Source of the DNA: Minisyncoccota bacterium
GTDB lineage: Bacteria > Patescibacteriota > Minisyncoccia > Phycocordibacterales > UBA2100
Length of the DNA: 64,000 bases
Direction: 5' to 3'
NCBI GenBank assembly: GCA_035500505.1
Contig: DATJXE010000003.1
Location: 70,921-134,920, forward strand
Below are positions 37,992 to 47,910 of the stretch, in pieces. The first letter of the stretch is position 1, and each line of letters begins with the position of its first letter. The notes beneath the pieces were generated by a model. The model ran no database searches, was not told the origin of the DNA, and saw nothing but the letters and a program-made list of their open reading frames with translations. The position numbers and the translations under genes are program-made.

Positions 37992-38533
37992 GATGAGACG
38001 TGGGCGCTTGTAAGAACGCTGATACGCGCGGTGAGTTGCCAAGAGCTGCCTTGACCAGGACCAGAGCTTGGAAGCTGTTCAAAGTCGAGTTCTTCGACGT
38101 TCGAAGGAAGCGGCAGGGACCCAAAAAGTTGCGCCGCTCTCCACACTTGCGCGAACGTGCCGGTAGATTGCACGACGAACTCGAGCTGGCTCACGCCCGA
38201 CGTCGGATTTTGGTGGGTCGCGGCCGTCGCGGACCCGATGGTCGTCTTCGTGCCGGCCGCCTGCCCGGCACTCTGTATCGCATTGGCGATGCCAACGACG
38301 TCCGTCCCGACGAATCCGTCGAGTGTCGCGCGGTCGGATGCGGTATCCACCACGATCGCATGCAGTTCTATCGCGTTCACCTGCTGCGCGTTCTGAATGC
38401 TCGAAGAGGAAAGCGCTTCGGCGCGCGCGGCGAGGCGCGCAGAGGTGTCGGAAAAAAAGAACCACGCTGCGCCCCACATGGACAACGAAAGTGCGAGTGC
38501 GGCGAACGAACCGTATGTGAGAGAGGTTCGCAT
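37988..38533 (-). CDS. PilO-like type IV pilus assembly protein
   Basis: N-terminal TM, GTFAQVWRAAQLFGSLP; position after pilM-pilN. Confidence 0.65.
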   Translation of the reverse strand: MRTSLTYGSFAALALSLSMWGAAWFFFSDTSARLAARAEALSSSSIQNAQQVNAIELHAIVVDTASDRATLDGFVGTDVVGIANAIQSAGQAAGTKTTIGSATAATHQNPTSGVSQLEFVVQSTGTFAQVWRAAQLFGSLPLPSNVEELDFEQLPSSGPGQGSSWQLTARISVLTSAHVSS

Positions 38534-38534
38534 A

Positions 38535-39047
38535 TTAGGGGTTGATCTTCATCGTGATAGTAAAACCGCCGCCTTGGGAACCCAAAAGCGCGGAGACCGG
38601 CACCGAAACGTTGCTGAACCGCAGGTCGCTTTGGAGCGCTTGTTGGAACGTGTTCACGTCTCCCGGCGTATCGGCGTGGCCTGCGATCGCAATGGACTGT
38701 TGCGTGACCGAGTAGGAAATATTGTCTACATGGACGCCTTCTCCCCGCTGCGAGAGCGCCGCAAGCAAGGCGTCCAACGATGATGTGGCCGAGACGGGTT
38801 GCAGCGACGTGAGGAGCGCCTTGGTGTGCGCGACCGCCGCACTATCGGCCTTGGCATCGCCGCTTTGTGGAGAGAGGTCCTGCGACGCGGCGGGAGCGAA
38901 TGAGGCGATCGCCAGCGCGGCGGGCGTGAGTGCGATGATAAAAAATGACGCGGATACGAACAGGACCAGCGCCGTCGCAAGCAAAAAACGGCTGCGGAAT
39001 TCCGCTTTCATTCTCTTCTGTGCCGGTGGTGGAAGAAGGTTGGACAT
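38535..39047 (-). CDS. PilN-like type IV pilus assembly protein
   Basis: MSNLLPP, TM, IAGHA..FQQAL..FSNV. Confidence 0.75.
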   Translation of the reverse strand: MSNLLPPPAQKRMKAEFRSRFLLATALVLFVSASFFIIALTPAALAIASFAPAASQDLSPQSGDAKADSAAVAHTKALLTSLQPVSATSSLDALLAALSQRGEGVHVDNISYSVTQQSIAIAGHADTPGDVNTFQQALQSDLRFSNVSVPVSALLGSQGGGFTITMKINP

Positions 39048-39049
39048 GG

Positions 39050-40171
39050 TCAATCGCGCAGTGCGAGCCCTATCGCGGTCGCATACTGGAGGGAGTTGCG
39101 CCGTTCGATGGGCGGGATGTATTCGTCGAAGGAACACACGTTGTTCCAGACGTTCGGGCGCTCGACGGGCGCCTGTACCCGTCCCGCGATGTAATCCGCG
39201 AGGCCTTTCATGTTGGCACTGCCGCCAAGGAGAAGCACGTGAGAAACCGGAGAGACGCGTTCGCCGCGATCGTTCCTGCGCGTATCCCAGTAGTTGAAAT
39301 GCCGCGCAACTTCGCTTCCGAGCGCGCTCGCGGCGCCGGAAACGGCCTCGAGGCCGGGCGATTTCACACCGCCTTCGGGAAGAAGGCCCTGTTCATTCTT
39401 CCACAATTGCACTTGTTCTTGCGAAAGATGCATTTTCTCCTTCAGCGCGCGGTCGACGGCTTCGCCGCCGATCTCGACGGTCGACGTAAAAATGGGAATA
39501 CCGGATTTGAGGACCGCGAATCCGGTGCGTTTGAAACCGAAATCGACCAAAAGCGCGATATTCCCCGGTGACATGCGTGGGACCGCGGCGCGGGCTATGG
39601 AGCGCGCCTCTATCTCGAGCGACAGGAGCGAAAATCCCGCGTCCGCGAAGGAGTCCGCATAGCTCTCCGCGAGCTCGCGCGGAAACACGACGACGCCGAT
39701 CTCCTGGGCGTCGCCTTCTTGCCCCGGAATGAGGTCGAAATCGTAGACCGCGGCGGTGGGCGGGATCGGCACGCGCGCCTCGAACTCGAACTCGATCATG
39801 CTGAGTATCTGTTCGCGAGATGAACCCGCGGGCGCGCTCAAGCTGAAGACGAACGCGGATTCTTCCGGAAGCGCGGCATGCACGGCCGTTACACGCGGCA
39901 TCTTCCTTTTTATCGCGCGGAGTGCTTCCGTGAGGCGTGCGGGGTCCTGGATGACGCCCGCAGATACTATTCCTCCGGGAAGCGGCTCCTGCCCCCATGC
40001 TTCCACCTTTCGGCTCCCGCGCCCCGGGCGGCTCAAGGCGATCCACTTGATCGACGCGTCGGAAATGTCTATCCCTGCACAGCGAGGAGAGAGAAAATTC
40101 GGAGCGGGGAACATGCGCGAGAACAATCCCCCGCGCTTCCCGGCACTCCCAGAAGGACCGGCGCGTTGCAT
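39050..40171 (-). CDS. pilM: Type IV pilus assembly protein PilM (actin-like)
   Basis: GIDISDASIK, VDFGFKRT, LLGGSANMKGL, YATAIGLALR. Confidence 0.9.
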   Translation of the reverse strand: MQRAGPSGSAGKRGGLFSRMFPAPNFLSPRCAGIDISDASIKWIALSRPGRGSRKVEAWGQEPLPGGIVSAGVIQDPARLTEALRAIKRKMPRVTAVHAALPEESAFVFSLSAPAGSSREQILSMIEFEFEARVPIPPTAAVYDFDLIPGQEGDAQEIGVVVFPRELAESYADSFADAGFSLLSLEIEARSIARAAVPRMSPGNIALLVDFGFKRTGFAVLKSGIPIFTSTVEIGGEAVDRALKEKMHLSQEQVQLWKNEQGLLPEGGVKSPGLEAVSGAASALGSEVARHFNYWDTRRNDRGERVSPVSHVLLLGGSANMKGLADYIAGRVQAPVERPNVWNNVCSFDEYIPPIERRNSLQYATAIGLALRD

Positions 40172-40200
40172 TGTGAAATTATATCATTGCCAGCGACGCA

Positions 40201-40533
40201 TCACTTCAACTTCGTCCCCGGCAAAACATCGCGTTCCGGAAATAAAAGTGCGACACCATTCTCGTCCGATGCCGCAAGCAACATTCCTTGGCTTTCCACA
40301 CCGCGCAGCATCTTCGGCGCGAGGTTCACGATGTAGGGTAGGCGCTTGCCGACGAGCTCTTCTGGCTTTTTCCACTGCGCGATTCCCGAGACGATGGTTC
40401 GTTCCCCTAATTCGCCCAGGTCGACGGTGCATTTGATCAGTTTGTCGGTATCCGGCACGAGCTCGGCGGCAACGATCTTCCCGATGCGGATGTCGAGTTT
40501 GGCAAAATCGTCGTAGGAGATCTCTTCGGCCAT
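40201..40533 (-). CDS. Stand-alone tRNA-binding OB-fold (MetRS C-terminal/Trbp111/CsaA-like)
   Basis: ISYDDFAKLDIRIG, RTIVSGIA, NLAPKMLRGVESQGMLLAA. Confidence 0.9.
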   Translation of the reverse strand: MAEEISYDDFAKLDIRIGKIVAAELVPDTDKLIKCTVDLGELGERTIVSGIAQWKKPEELVGKRLPYIVNLAPKMLRGVESQGMLLAASDENGVALLFPERDVLPGTKLK

Positions 40534-40542
40534 ATTGCAATT

Positions 40543-40932
40543 CTAACGCGAAGCGTTCATATCCAAAAATCGCTGCAGAATGAGCGCCGCGGCCGCAGCA
40601 TCGTCGTGTTCTTTCCCCTTGGGCGCGTGACGCGAGGCCTCTATCGAAGAGAAAACCTCGAAGCCTCTGGAAAGGGGCAGCCCGGTTTCGCGCGCCAGCA
40701 CCTCCATGAACCTTTCGGCCTCCGGTGTTACGGGATTCTCGCCACCTCCGTGAGAGCGGGTATCACCGACGACGATGGCTTCGACACGTTCTTCCTGAGC
40801 GGTGCGCACAAGCCGCGTCAAAAGCTCTTTGTCGTTAGCGAGCGTCGCCCGTGGGAATGCGATCGTCCCGCGCTCGTCGGAAACCGCGACGCCCACGCGT
40901 TTCGAACCATAATCAACGCCCAAGTACTTCAT
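40543..40932 (-). CDS. ruvX: YqgF/RuvX nuclease
   Basis: LGVDYGSKRVGVAVSD, DAAAAALILQRFL. Confidence 0.92.
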   Translation of the reverse strand: MKYLGVDYGSKRVGVAVSDERGTIAFPRATLANDKELLTRLVRTAQEERVEAIVVGDTRSHGGGENPVTPEAERFMEVLARETGLPLSRGFEVFSSIEASRHAPKGKEHDDAAAAALILQRFLDMNASR

Positions 40933-40947
40933 TAAGCCAAGTATACA

Positions 40948-41220
40948 GAACGCGAAACGCCTCGTCGCCCTGGCGGGGCGAAAGGGGTCGGGAAAACTGT
41001 AGTTTTCCCGTGGAGGAGAGCAGCGACCCGTCTTTGGCGGGGAGTGTTGAGACCTGCGGGTTCTCAAAAGGCATTTCGTGTTCATGATGAACGCGAAACG
41101 CCTGTCTCGGGGTCAAGAGACAGGCGCTCGCTTGAGGCTTTTGAACCCCAATTCGCTGGGCCCTCTGCGCTAGAGGCGCGAGGGAATGCCAGCTACAGGT
41201 AGTACATCCTTTCGAAACTC
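40948..41220. repeat. Structured intergenic region with three copies of a 15-mer; candidate ncRNA or small element
   Basis: GAACGCGAAACGCCT at 40948 and 41089, inverted 13/15 copy at 41069-41083, several hairpins. Confidence 0.6.
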
Positions 41221-41225
41221 TTATT

Positions 41226-41933
41226 TCAGTCCCCCACTTCCCGTACGCCGAAGGCGTGCACGGTGCCGGAGGCTTGGTCGCCGAACACGACCACCGTGTC
41301 TCCGACGTCGAATCCGCCGCCAAGCGGAAGTCTCGTTGAGGGCCCGAGGATGACCGTCGTGGTTCCGGCCTCGTTCTCATCGGCGAGCAAGAAACCCCCC
41401 GGGATCATGGATACGATCGTGCCGTGGTAGATGCCGGGCACGTGTTCTGCCCCCACGCGGTAAATGACGTCGAGGGGTGGCGGCAATCCTCCAGGAAGTC
41501 GCGCATCGTGCAGAAGTCCAGCGTGGATGCGGGTGCGTTCGAGCGCATACCCGCCGCAGACAACGATGACGAGGATGGCGAGCACGGAAACGAGGAGCGG
41601 CGTCCGATAGCCGACGCGGTAGCGGCGCACCAGTATTTCAAGTATCACGAGGAATAGGACCAAAAGCGTGATGAGGATGAGCGGTAACGCCGCGAAGAAC
41701 GCGAAGAGTCCTCGCATGCCGAAGACAGGGACGAAAAGTGCGCCGTCCTGCCGGAGCGTGAAGATGGCAAAGCTCGTGATAAAAAGGAGTGTGAGCGCGA
41801 GGATGATGACACCCAGCGCTGCGAGCGCGCCGGAGAGGACGAATTTCCACCGCGGGCGCATATGCACGCGCCCCGAATGGATCGCGTCCATGACGTTCTT
41901 TTCGAGCGAAGGCTGTTTGTTCGGTTCAACCAT
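41226..41933 (-). CDS. Membrane protein, putative anti-sigma factor
   Basis: VMDAIHSGRVHMRPRWKF then TMs and a C-terminal OB-like domain; overlaps sigma gene. Confidence 0.65.
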   Translation of the reverse strand: MVEPNKQPSLEKNVMDAIHSGRVHMRPRWKFVLSGALAALGVIILALTLLFITSFAIFTLRQDGALFVPVFGMRGLFAFFAALPLILITLLVLFLVILEILVRRYRVGYRTPLLVSVLAILVIVVCGGYALERTRIHAGLLHDARLPGGLPPPLDVIYRVGAEHVPGIYHGTIVSMIPGGFLLADENEAGTTTVILGPSTRLPLGGGFDVGDTVVVFGDQASGTVHAFGVREVGD

Positions 41934-42486
41934 ATAAATTCTTTTTCGCGGCTATCCGCTTCAGGCTCGCTTTGCCGCGGGCGAGCCTGACCCCGACCGT
42001 CGACATCGGTATGCGAAGCACGTCCGCCATGTCTTTATAGCTTAACCCCTCGAAGTAGTACAAAACCAGAGGCTCGCGATATTTCGGGTCGAGTTCGTCG
42101 AGACACTGCTCGAGTATCTCCTTGGTATCGCGCTCGAGCGCCTGATCGTCGGCCGTTTCCCCCGCGGCGAGATGCGGAAAAACGACGTCGAGATCGATGC
42201 CGAAAACGGGTCCGCGGGCACGTTTTTTGATGGCATTGACGAATTCGTTGTGCGCGATGCGATAAATCCAAGGCGAAAAGCGCCGTGTCGCATCGAAGCT
42301 CTGGATGTTCTCGTATGCCTTGATGAACACTTCTTGCACGATGTCTTTCGCATCGTCCGGATCGCGCAGGAATTTGCGCGCGTAGCGCATAAGTTTGTCC
42401 TCATACCGTTCGACGAGTTCGCCGAAAGCCTCGCTGTCGCCTTGTTGCACGCGCGTTGCCACTATTTCGTCAGTTTCATTCGCCAT
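41926..42486 (-). CDS. ECF RNA polymerase sigma factor
   Basis: [41 protein letters not shown]. Confidence 0.95.
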   Translation of the reverse strand: MANETDEIVATRVQQGDSEAFGELVERYEDKLMRYARKFLRDPDDAKDIVQEVFIKAYENIQSFDATRRFSPWIYRIAHNEFVNAIKKRARGPVFGIDLDVVFPHLAAGETADDQALERDTKEILEQCLDELDPKYREPLVLYYFEGLSYKDMADVLRIPMSTVGVRLARGKASLKRIAAKKNLYG

Positions 42487-42889
42487 TGAGTTTGGAGGTT
42501 TTGAGCCGCTCCGGCTCCAGAGCCTTCAATCTCACCACCTTGACGCTAAGCCCCGCCTTAGTCAAATCATTCTCCAAACGGTCTACGTAGTCGCCGTGTT
42601 GGTCGTATCCGAGCGCGATGATATCTGGTTTTGCGGCAATGATGTGGTCGAGATATCCTTCTTCGTCACCAAGCACGACCTCATCAACGAGCGGATGCGC
42701 GGCGAGAAGAGCTCGCCGTTCGTCGGCCGTGTTGCGAGGCTTCTTGCCCTTTATCCGAACCACGTTCTCGTCGCGAGCGACGGAAACGATCAGGTGCGGC
42801 TCCTTCGCGAGCGCTCGTGCTTGTGCAAAAAAATCCTCATGTCCCGCGTGGACCATGTCGAACGTGCCAAAGACCATGATGCGGGTCAT
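42476..42889 (-). CDS. Monofunctional FAD synthase-like cytidylyltransferase-family protein (RibL-like)
   Basis: [11 protein letters not shown] (HxGH), [14 protein letters not shown]; in operon with riboflavin kinase. Confidence 0.75.
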   Translation of the reverse strand: MTRIMVFGTFDMVHAGHEDFFAQARALAKEPHLIVSVARDENVVRIKGKKPRNTADERRALLAAHPLVDEVVLGDEEGYLDHIIAAKPDIIALGYDQHGDYVDRLENDLTKAGLSVKVVRLKALEPERLKTSKLNGE

Positions 42890-43839
42890 GCCACGACCGT
42901 CTCCTCCTGATTCACTCGCGAGAGCATGAACATTGCAAAGAGAAGAAGTGCGGTGCCGGCCCACTGGCCGAGGAAAAGGCCCAGGAACGTCCCCGCCGCC
43001 CAGTTGCCGGGAATGAAGTACGCGTTGACGAATACGGCGGCGAGCGGAAAACCAAGTTCTGCGATGGTCGCGATGGAAGCGCGCGTGTACTGAAGTCCAT
43101 AGTAGTAGAGGAAGAGCGAGAATACGCCGGATGCGAAGGCAATGATGACGATGAACAATACGTCGGTGCCGGTCAGGACACCCGGAGCGGGGAACGTTCC
43201 CTGCACCGCGTTCAACGCGATGAGAAAGAGAAGCCCGACGACGAACCGGAGCGACGTGAGGGTCTGGAACGCCGCCGTGCGGAGTACGTATTTGCCGAAA
43301 ACGGTAGAAGCGCCCCACAAGAGCGCTGCGAGAAGTGCGAGCGATGCCCCTATCACGTTGGGATTAAACGTTTCTCCCACATACGTTTGCGGGATGAGGT
43401 TCGGAAAACTGACGAGGTATGCGCCGAAAAGCGCCACACAGGTCCACAGCCAGAATCGTTCGTGCAACTTCTCACCCAAGAGAAACCATGCCAGCCCGAT
43501 CGCTATCAACGGCTGTACCTTTTGCAATACGATGGAGACCGAAGGGTTCACGTAGTGGAACGATTCGGTGAACGCGACGGAGGCGAGCGCTGAACCGCAC
43601 ACGCCGATGAACACGATGGCGAGCCATTCGCGACCGGATATCTTTTTGAGGTTGCCCCAGTTGAAAAGCAGGATGGGTATCGCGACGAGACACGAGACCG
43701 CGTGCTCGCCGAGTACGATGAAATTTGAGGCGAGCGCTTGCGTGAGGTGTAAGCGGAATGGCGCATCGGAGGCCCAGAGCATCGCCGCGGCGAACACGAT
43801 GGCGGGTCCCCATATCGCGAGTTTGCGGGCGTTGCTCAT
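42886..43839 (-). CDS. EamA/DMT transporter
   Basis: About ten TM, duplicated EamA pattern (LQKVQP..LLGE; [10 protein letters not shown]). Confidence 0.88.
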   Translation of the reverse strand: MSNARKLAIWGPAIVFAAAMLWASDAPFRLHLTQALASNFIVLGEHAVSCLVAIPILLFNWGNLKKISGREWLAIVFIGVCGSALASVAFTESFHYVNPSVSIVLQKVQPLIAIGLAWFLLGEKLHERFWLWTCVALFGAYLVSFPNLIPQTYVGETFNPNVIGASLALLAALLWGASTVFGKYVLRTAAFQTLTSLRFVVGLLFLIALNAVQGTFPAPGVLTGTDVLFIVIIAFASGVFSLFLYYYGLQYTRASIATIAELGFPLAAVFVNAYFIPGNWAAGTFLGLFLGQWAGTALLLFAMFMLSRVNQEETVVA

Positions 43840-44174
43840 AGACCGAAGTATTGTCGCACGCCTTTGATGTCTTCCGCAATCGCTTTCTTGAGTTCGGCGG
43901 TGTGTTCAAATCGCTTGTCATCGCGCATCTTCTTCAAGAGGTGTATCTCGACTTCCTTGTCGTAGAGGTCGTCGGAGAAATCCAAAAGGTGTGCTTCGAG
44001 TATCTTGCGCGACGTATTGGCGTAGGCGACTGCAAGATACCCTTCTCCGTCGACGAACACCTCGGCGGCGAAGATCCCCTCTGGCCTGTCGCCCTCGAAC
44101 GGGATATTGATCGTCGGGAACCCCAACGCCGTTCCTCGCCTATCCCCCTTCTGAACGACTCCCTTGTACCGCAT
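43836..44174 (-). CDS. Stand-alone riboflavin kinase (RibF C-terminal domain only)
   Basis: GVVQKGDRRGTALGFPTIN, EAHLLDFSDDLY, RDDKRF. Confidence 0.9.
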   Translation of the reverse strand: MRYKGVVQKGDRRGTALGFPTINIPFEGDRPEGIFAAEVFVDGEGYLAVAYANTSRKILEAHLLDFSDDLYDKEVEIHLLKKMRDDKRFEHTAELKKAIAEDIKGVRQYFGL

Positions 44175-44260
44175 GGCGGCATCGTACCATTGCGAAAAAG
44201 GCCTCGCGAGGTAGTATCCGCAACAGGACCGATATCGGTCAGAATAGAGAGGGTTAGGTT

Positions 44261-45283
44261 ATGAGCGAACTCTTGCACCACCCAGCACTCCGGCGCTTCC
44301 ACCCAAGCAGTCGCGGACTGGTTCGCATGGCGTCCCCTCTTTCGAGCGCCATCAATCCGTTCGCAGAAGACAGGGTGCGCATTACTCCGGCGGTCTTGTA
44401 TGACGATACCTTTAACTCAAAAGCCCCGGTCGCGTACGAATTGATCTACGCCGCGATCAACTCGGGAAAAATAACCTCGAAGACGAAGGTCGTTGCTGCG
44501 TCGAGTGGTAACACGGGGCTCGGCATCGCGCAGATCTGCAAGGCTGTCGGCTTGTTGCGCTGCGAGATTGTCATGCAGAACGATACGCCCGGTTCAAAGG
44601 TCGGCACCATCTCGGCTCTCGGGCATCCGATCGATACGGTGCTCCTCAGCTCGGGAACCGTCCAATATGCGCGCGAGAAAGGCCAGCAGCCCGGCTGGTA
44701 CAACGTCGATCAATACGCCGACCGTGCGAACCTGCTGGCGCAATTCAATTACATGGCGCCGCAATTGTGGGGCATCTACGGGAACCGGATCGATCTGATC
44801 GTCGTTCCCGGCGGAACGCTCGGCACTGCGGGCGGTCTGCAGAAATATGCGCAGAATGCGGGCTTTAAGACAAAGATCGTCCTCGCTCTGTGCGCAGACG
44901 GCCAAGAGGTCCCCGGCGCTCGGGACGAGGCGCGCATCCGTCGCGACGTGAAGATCGCTTCAGTGGACAACTTCGAGTACCGCATGACGGCGACGAGGTA
45001 CCAATCCTTTCTCGCGAGCTATGCGATGTTCTCCGAGATCGACTGGACGCCGGGCGGGCCAACCTCGGGACTCGCGTTGTCAGTCGCGTTGCGCTTCCTG
45101 CAAAGACACAAAGATGCGAAGACTCTCGATCAATTTCGGGGGCCTGACGAGAATCTCAACGTCGTTTTTTTGTGTCCTGACGACTACCGCTTGTACGGCG
45201 ATCTGTATCGAAGCACCTTGAACAAAGACCGGGATTTTTCCTTCTCGTCGATCCCGTTCTCGCGTCTTCTCGAAGACGCATGA
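44261..45283 (+). CDS. Cysteine synthase-like PLP enzyme
   Basis: FNSKAP (PLP Lys), ASSGNTG, DQY, GGTLGT, GPTSG, CPD. Confidence 0.75.
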   Translation: MSELLHHPALRRFHPSSRGLVRMASPLSSAINPFAEDRVRITPAVLYDDTFNSKAPVAYELIYAAINSGKITSKTKVVAASSGNTGLGIAQICKAVGLLRCEIVMQNDTPGSKVGTISALGHPIDTVLLSSGTVQYAREKGQQPGWYNVDQYADRANLLAQFNYMAPQLWGIYGNRIDLIVVPGGTLGTAGGLQKYAQNAGFKTKIVLALCADGQEVPGARDEARIRRDVKIASVDNFEYRMTATRYQSFLASYAMFSEIDWTPGGPTSGLALSVALRFLQRHKDAKTLDQFRGPDENLNVVFLCPDDYRLYGDLYRSTLNKDRDFSFSSIPFSRLLEDA

Positions 45284-45294
45284 ACTTCAACGCG

Positions 45295-45335
45295 AAAACG
45301 GGCACTGGAAATAAACCCCCCAGTGCCCGTTTTTT
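45295..45335 (+). terminator. Intrinsic terminator
   Basis: AAAACGGGCACTGG...CCAGTGCCCGTTTTTT. Confidence 0.75.
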
Positions 45336-45356
45336 ATGCGTTGTTATACTCATTTG

Positions 45357-46157
45357 ATGAGCTCATTCGAGGGGGCGCTTGTACGTACAAGCGATGTGTT
45401 AGAACCGAAATTGCAACAAGTCCTCTTGGGCGAAGGGCGCTTGAACGAAGCGATGCGGTACGCGGTTTTGGGCGGCGGGAAACGGTTCCGTCCTTTTTTG
45501 GTTCTGGAGAGCGCCAAGCTTTTTGATGTTCATCAGGAGAACGCGCTGAATGTGGCTGTCGCCGTGGAGCTCGTACACTGTTACTCACTTGTACACGACG
45601 ACCTGCCCGCAATGGACAACGATGACATGCGTCGCGGAAAGCCCTCGGTGCACAAACAATTCGGCGAAGCGACGGCGATACTTGCGGGCGATGCGCTCCA
45701 GAGTCTCGCGTTCGAGATGTTGGCTGGCGAAAAAACGGAACTGACACTGGAACTCGCGCGAGCAATCGGCCGCTCTGGCATGGCGGGAGGCCAGCAACTA
45801 GATTTGGATGCGACCGCGGATATCGAACGCGTGGCAGCGCTGAAAACAGGCGCGCTCATTCACTTTTCTGTCTTGAGTGGCGCGATACTTTCCGGCGCGG
45901 AACCCGAGGACAGACATGCGCTCGATGTATACGCGCAGCACCTGGGGCTCGCCTTTCAACTATCAGACGACATTCTCGATGCAGCCAAAGATGCTGCGGC
46001 CGGCAAACGAACGCTCGTAACGACGCTAGGCATTCCCGGAGCAAAAGATCGGCTCGAGCAAGAGGCGCGGGATGGCGGCAAGGCGCTGGAGAGATTCGGG
46101 GCTCGCGCTAGGACGCTGCAAGATGCCGCCGCATTCATGGCGCGTCGTGCGGCGTAG
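45357..46157 (+). CDS. ispA: Farnesyl/geranylgeranyl diphosphate synthase
   Basis: GGKRFRP, DDLPAMDNDDMRRG, KTGAL, FQLSDDILD. Confidence 0.92.
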   Translation: MSSFEGALVRTSDVLEPKLQQVLLGEGRLNEAMRYAVLGGGKRFRPFLVLESAKLFDVHQENALNVAVAVELVHCYSLVHDDLPAMDNDDMRRGKPSVHKQFGEATAILAGDALQSLAFEMLAGEKTELTLELARAIGRSGMAGGQQLDLDATADIERVAALKTGALIHFSVLSGAILSGAEPEDRHALDVYAQHLGLAFQLSDDILDAAKDAAAGKRTLVTTLGIPGAKDRLEQEARDGGKALERFGARARTLQDAAAFMARRAA

Positions 46158-46159
46158 CG

Positions 46160-47014
46160 CTACGGCAAGACCGAAGCGAAAGAGAGTGCGACAGAGAACA
46201 CGAGCAGGACGGCGAGCGAAATAAAAAAGAGTTTCCGCGCCCACGCATCCTCATTTTCTGCCGTGAATCCCTGCGTCGCGAAGCCGAACCAAACGAGTGC
46301 CGCAAGTTCGACGACAAGTACGTACGCATATCCCGCATACCCAAGGAATGTCAGGAGCGATGCGGCGAGCGCGAAGCCGATGATATAGAGAAGAATCTGC
46401 CGCTTGGTCTCATGCGTCCCCTTCCGGAGCGGCAAGACGGGGATCCCGGCAGCCGCATATTCCCGGGAGCGGTACGTGGCGATCGAAAAGAAGTGTGGCA
46501 TCTGCCACAGCGCGAGTATCAGAAAAAGGATGAGTGCGACTAAGTCGAGCCTGTCCGCGACCGCGACATAGCCGACGACGATGGGCACTGCGCCGGCAAG
46601 GCTGCCTATCTCGGTCGCCCAGTGCGTCGTTCGTTTGGAAAAGCTGTACACGAACACGTAGATGAGGAATCCGGCGAGCGCGACCAGCGCCGCCAACACG
46701 TTGACAAAAACGAGGAGGAGCGCGAAGCCGACGACGCCAAGCACGCCGGCGAACACGAACGCGTTCGTATTGGAAATAGCGCCCGTTGCAAGTGCCCTGT
46801 CCTTAGTGCGCTCCATGTTCTTATCGATGTCTCGATCGAGGTAGTTGTTGATCACGCATGCGGAGGCGATGACGAATCCGAGCCCGAAGACGGTACCCAA
46901 AAAATTCTCCGCATTGACCTGCCAGCGCGAGGCAAAGAAATATGCTGCAACGGTCGTGATCAAATTCCCGTAGATGATGCCCGGCTTCGCGAGGTTGTAG
47001 TAGGTTTTGAACAT
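46160..47014 (-). CDS. cyoE: Heme O synthase (protoheme IX farnesyltransferase)
   Basis: KPGIIYGN, NNYLDRDIDKNMERT, WQMPHF. Confidence 0.95.
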   Translation of the reverse strand: MFKTYYNLAKPGIIYGNLITTVAAYFFASRWQVNAENFLGTVFGLGFVIASACVINNYLDRDIDKNMERTKDRALATGAISNTNAFVFAGVLGVVGFALLLVFVNVLAALVALAGFLIYVFVYSFSKRTTHWATEIGSLAGAVPIVVGYVAVADRLDLVALILFLILALWQMPHFFSIATYRSREYAAAGIPVLPLRKGTHETKRQILLYIIGFALAASLLTFLGYAGYAYVLVVELAALVWFGFATQGFTAENEDAWARKLFFISLAVLLVFSVALSFASVLP

Positions 47015-47017
47015 AGA

Positions 47018-47527
47018 TTAAAAATCCAATTCCATTCTGACCCAGTTATCTTCTCGCCCTGTCTCTCTGAACCCCCAGCGCTCATATATTTCCTGAGCCT
47101 CTTCATTGTCTTGGTCGGTCAGGAGGTACATCCCTTTGGGAGAGTGGGGGGAGTGTTGCGCGCGCTCTTTCGCGTTGCGGAAAAGTTGCCCGCCTATTTT
47201 CTTCTTTTGTAACTCCGTGCGCACATAGAATCGCCTGAATTGAAAACGCTCATGCTCCGGCCTCCAGAACATTCCGCACATCCCCACCACTTGGCCCTGT
47301 CTCTTGGCAACGAGAAAGTACTCATCCTCGCCCGCTTTTTCGATTACCGGTATTAATTCCTTTATCCCTTCTTCGGGAATTATCGAACCCACATTTTCTT
47401 CTGGAAGTTTACCGGCATCCATGCGGGCCACAATGTTTTCGTACCGAAGTTGTGCCATTGCTGGCAGATCTTCCGCTCGCGCCACCTCGATGATGACCGG
47501 TATGCGCTCCAGCTTGGAATCGTCCAT
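47018..47527 (-). CDS. GNAT acetyltransferase between cyoD and cyoE
   Basis: FYVRTELQKKKIG, NEEAQEIYERWGF. Confidence 0.8.
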   Translation of the reverse strand: MDDSKLERIPVIIEVARAEDLPAMAQLRYENIVARMDAGKLPEENVGSIIPEEGIKELIPVIEKAGEDEYFLVAKRQGQVVGMCGMFWRPEHERFQFRRFYVRTELQKKKIGGQLFRNAKERAQHSPHSPKGMYLLTDQDNEEAQEIYERWGFRETGREDNWVRMELDF

Positions 47528-47529
47528 AT

Positions 47530-47910
47530 TCAAAATCCGCCCTGGCTTTGCATATACTGCTCCATCTGCGACGCATCCGGCATCATGCGCAAATTCAGAC
47601 TGAACATGATCCATAGCGAACCGGAGACCAGGATGCCAACGACGAGAATCGCGAACCCAAAAATGACAAGCCGTTTACGCGAAGCGCTTCCTCGCCCGAG
47701 GTGGAGAAAACACACGACCTGCACGATGAACTGCACGAGCGCGGCCGCGACAATGGCTGCGACGAGCCTCACTTGCGGAAGCGCGTGTTGTGCGACGAGA
47801 ACGTAGGCGCCGAGCGTGAGCGCAAGCGAGAGAACGAAGCCCGCGACATAGGCGCGTGCAATCCCGTGCGAATGAGGCCACGCGCCGATCTCCTCGAAAT
47901 AGTTTTTCAT
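47530..47910 (-). CDS. cyoD: Cytochrome bo3 oxidase subunit IV
   Basis: YVAGFVLSLALT, QVVCFLHL, GSLWIM. Confidence 0.92.
   Translation of the reverse strand: MKNYFEEIGAWPHSHGIARAYVAGFVLSLALTLGAYVLVAQHALPQVRLVAAIVAAALVQFIVQVVCFLHLGRGSASRKRLVIFGFAILVVGILVSGSLWIMFSLNLRMMPDASQMEQYMQSQGGF

Noticed and set aside
41089-41220. 6S RNA call from the GAGGGC..GGGTTCAAAA resemblance on the minus strand
   Set aside because: Too short and no convincing 5'/3' closing stem; kept only as an unassigned structured region
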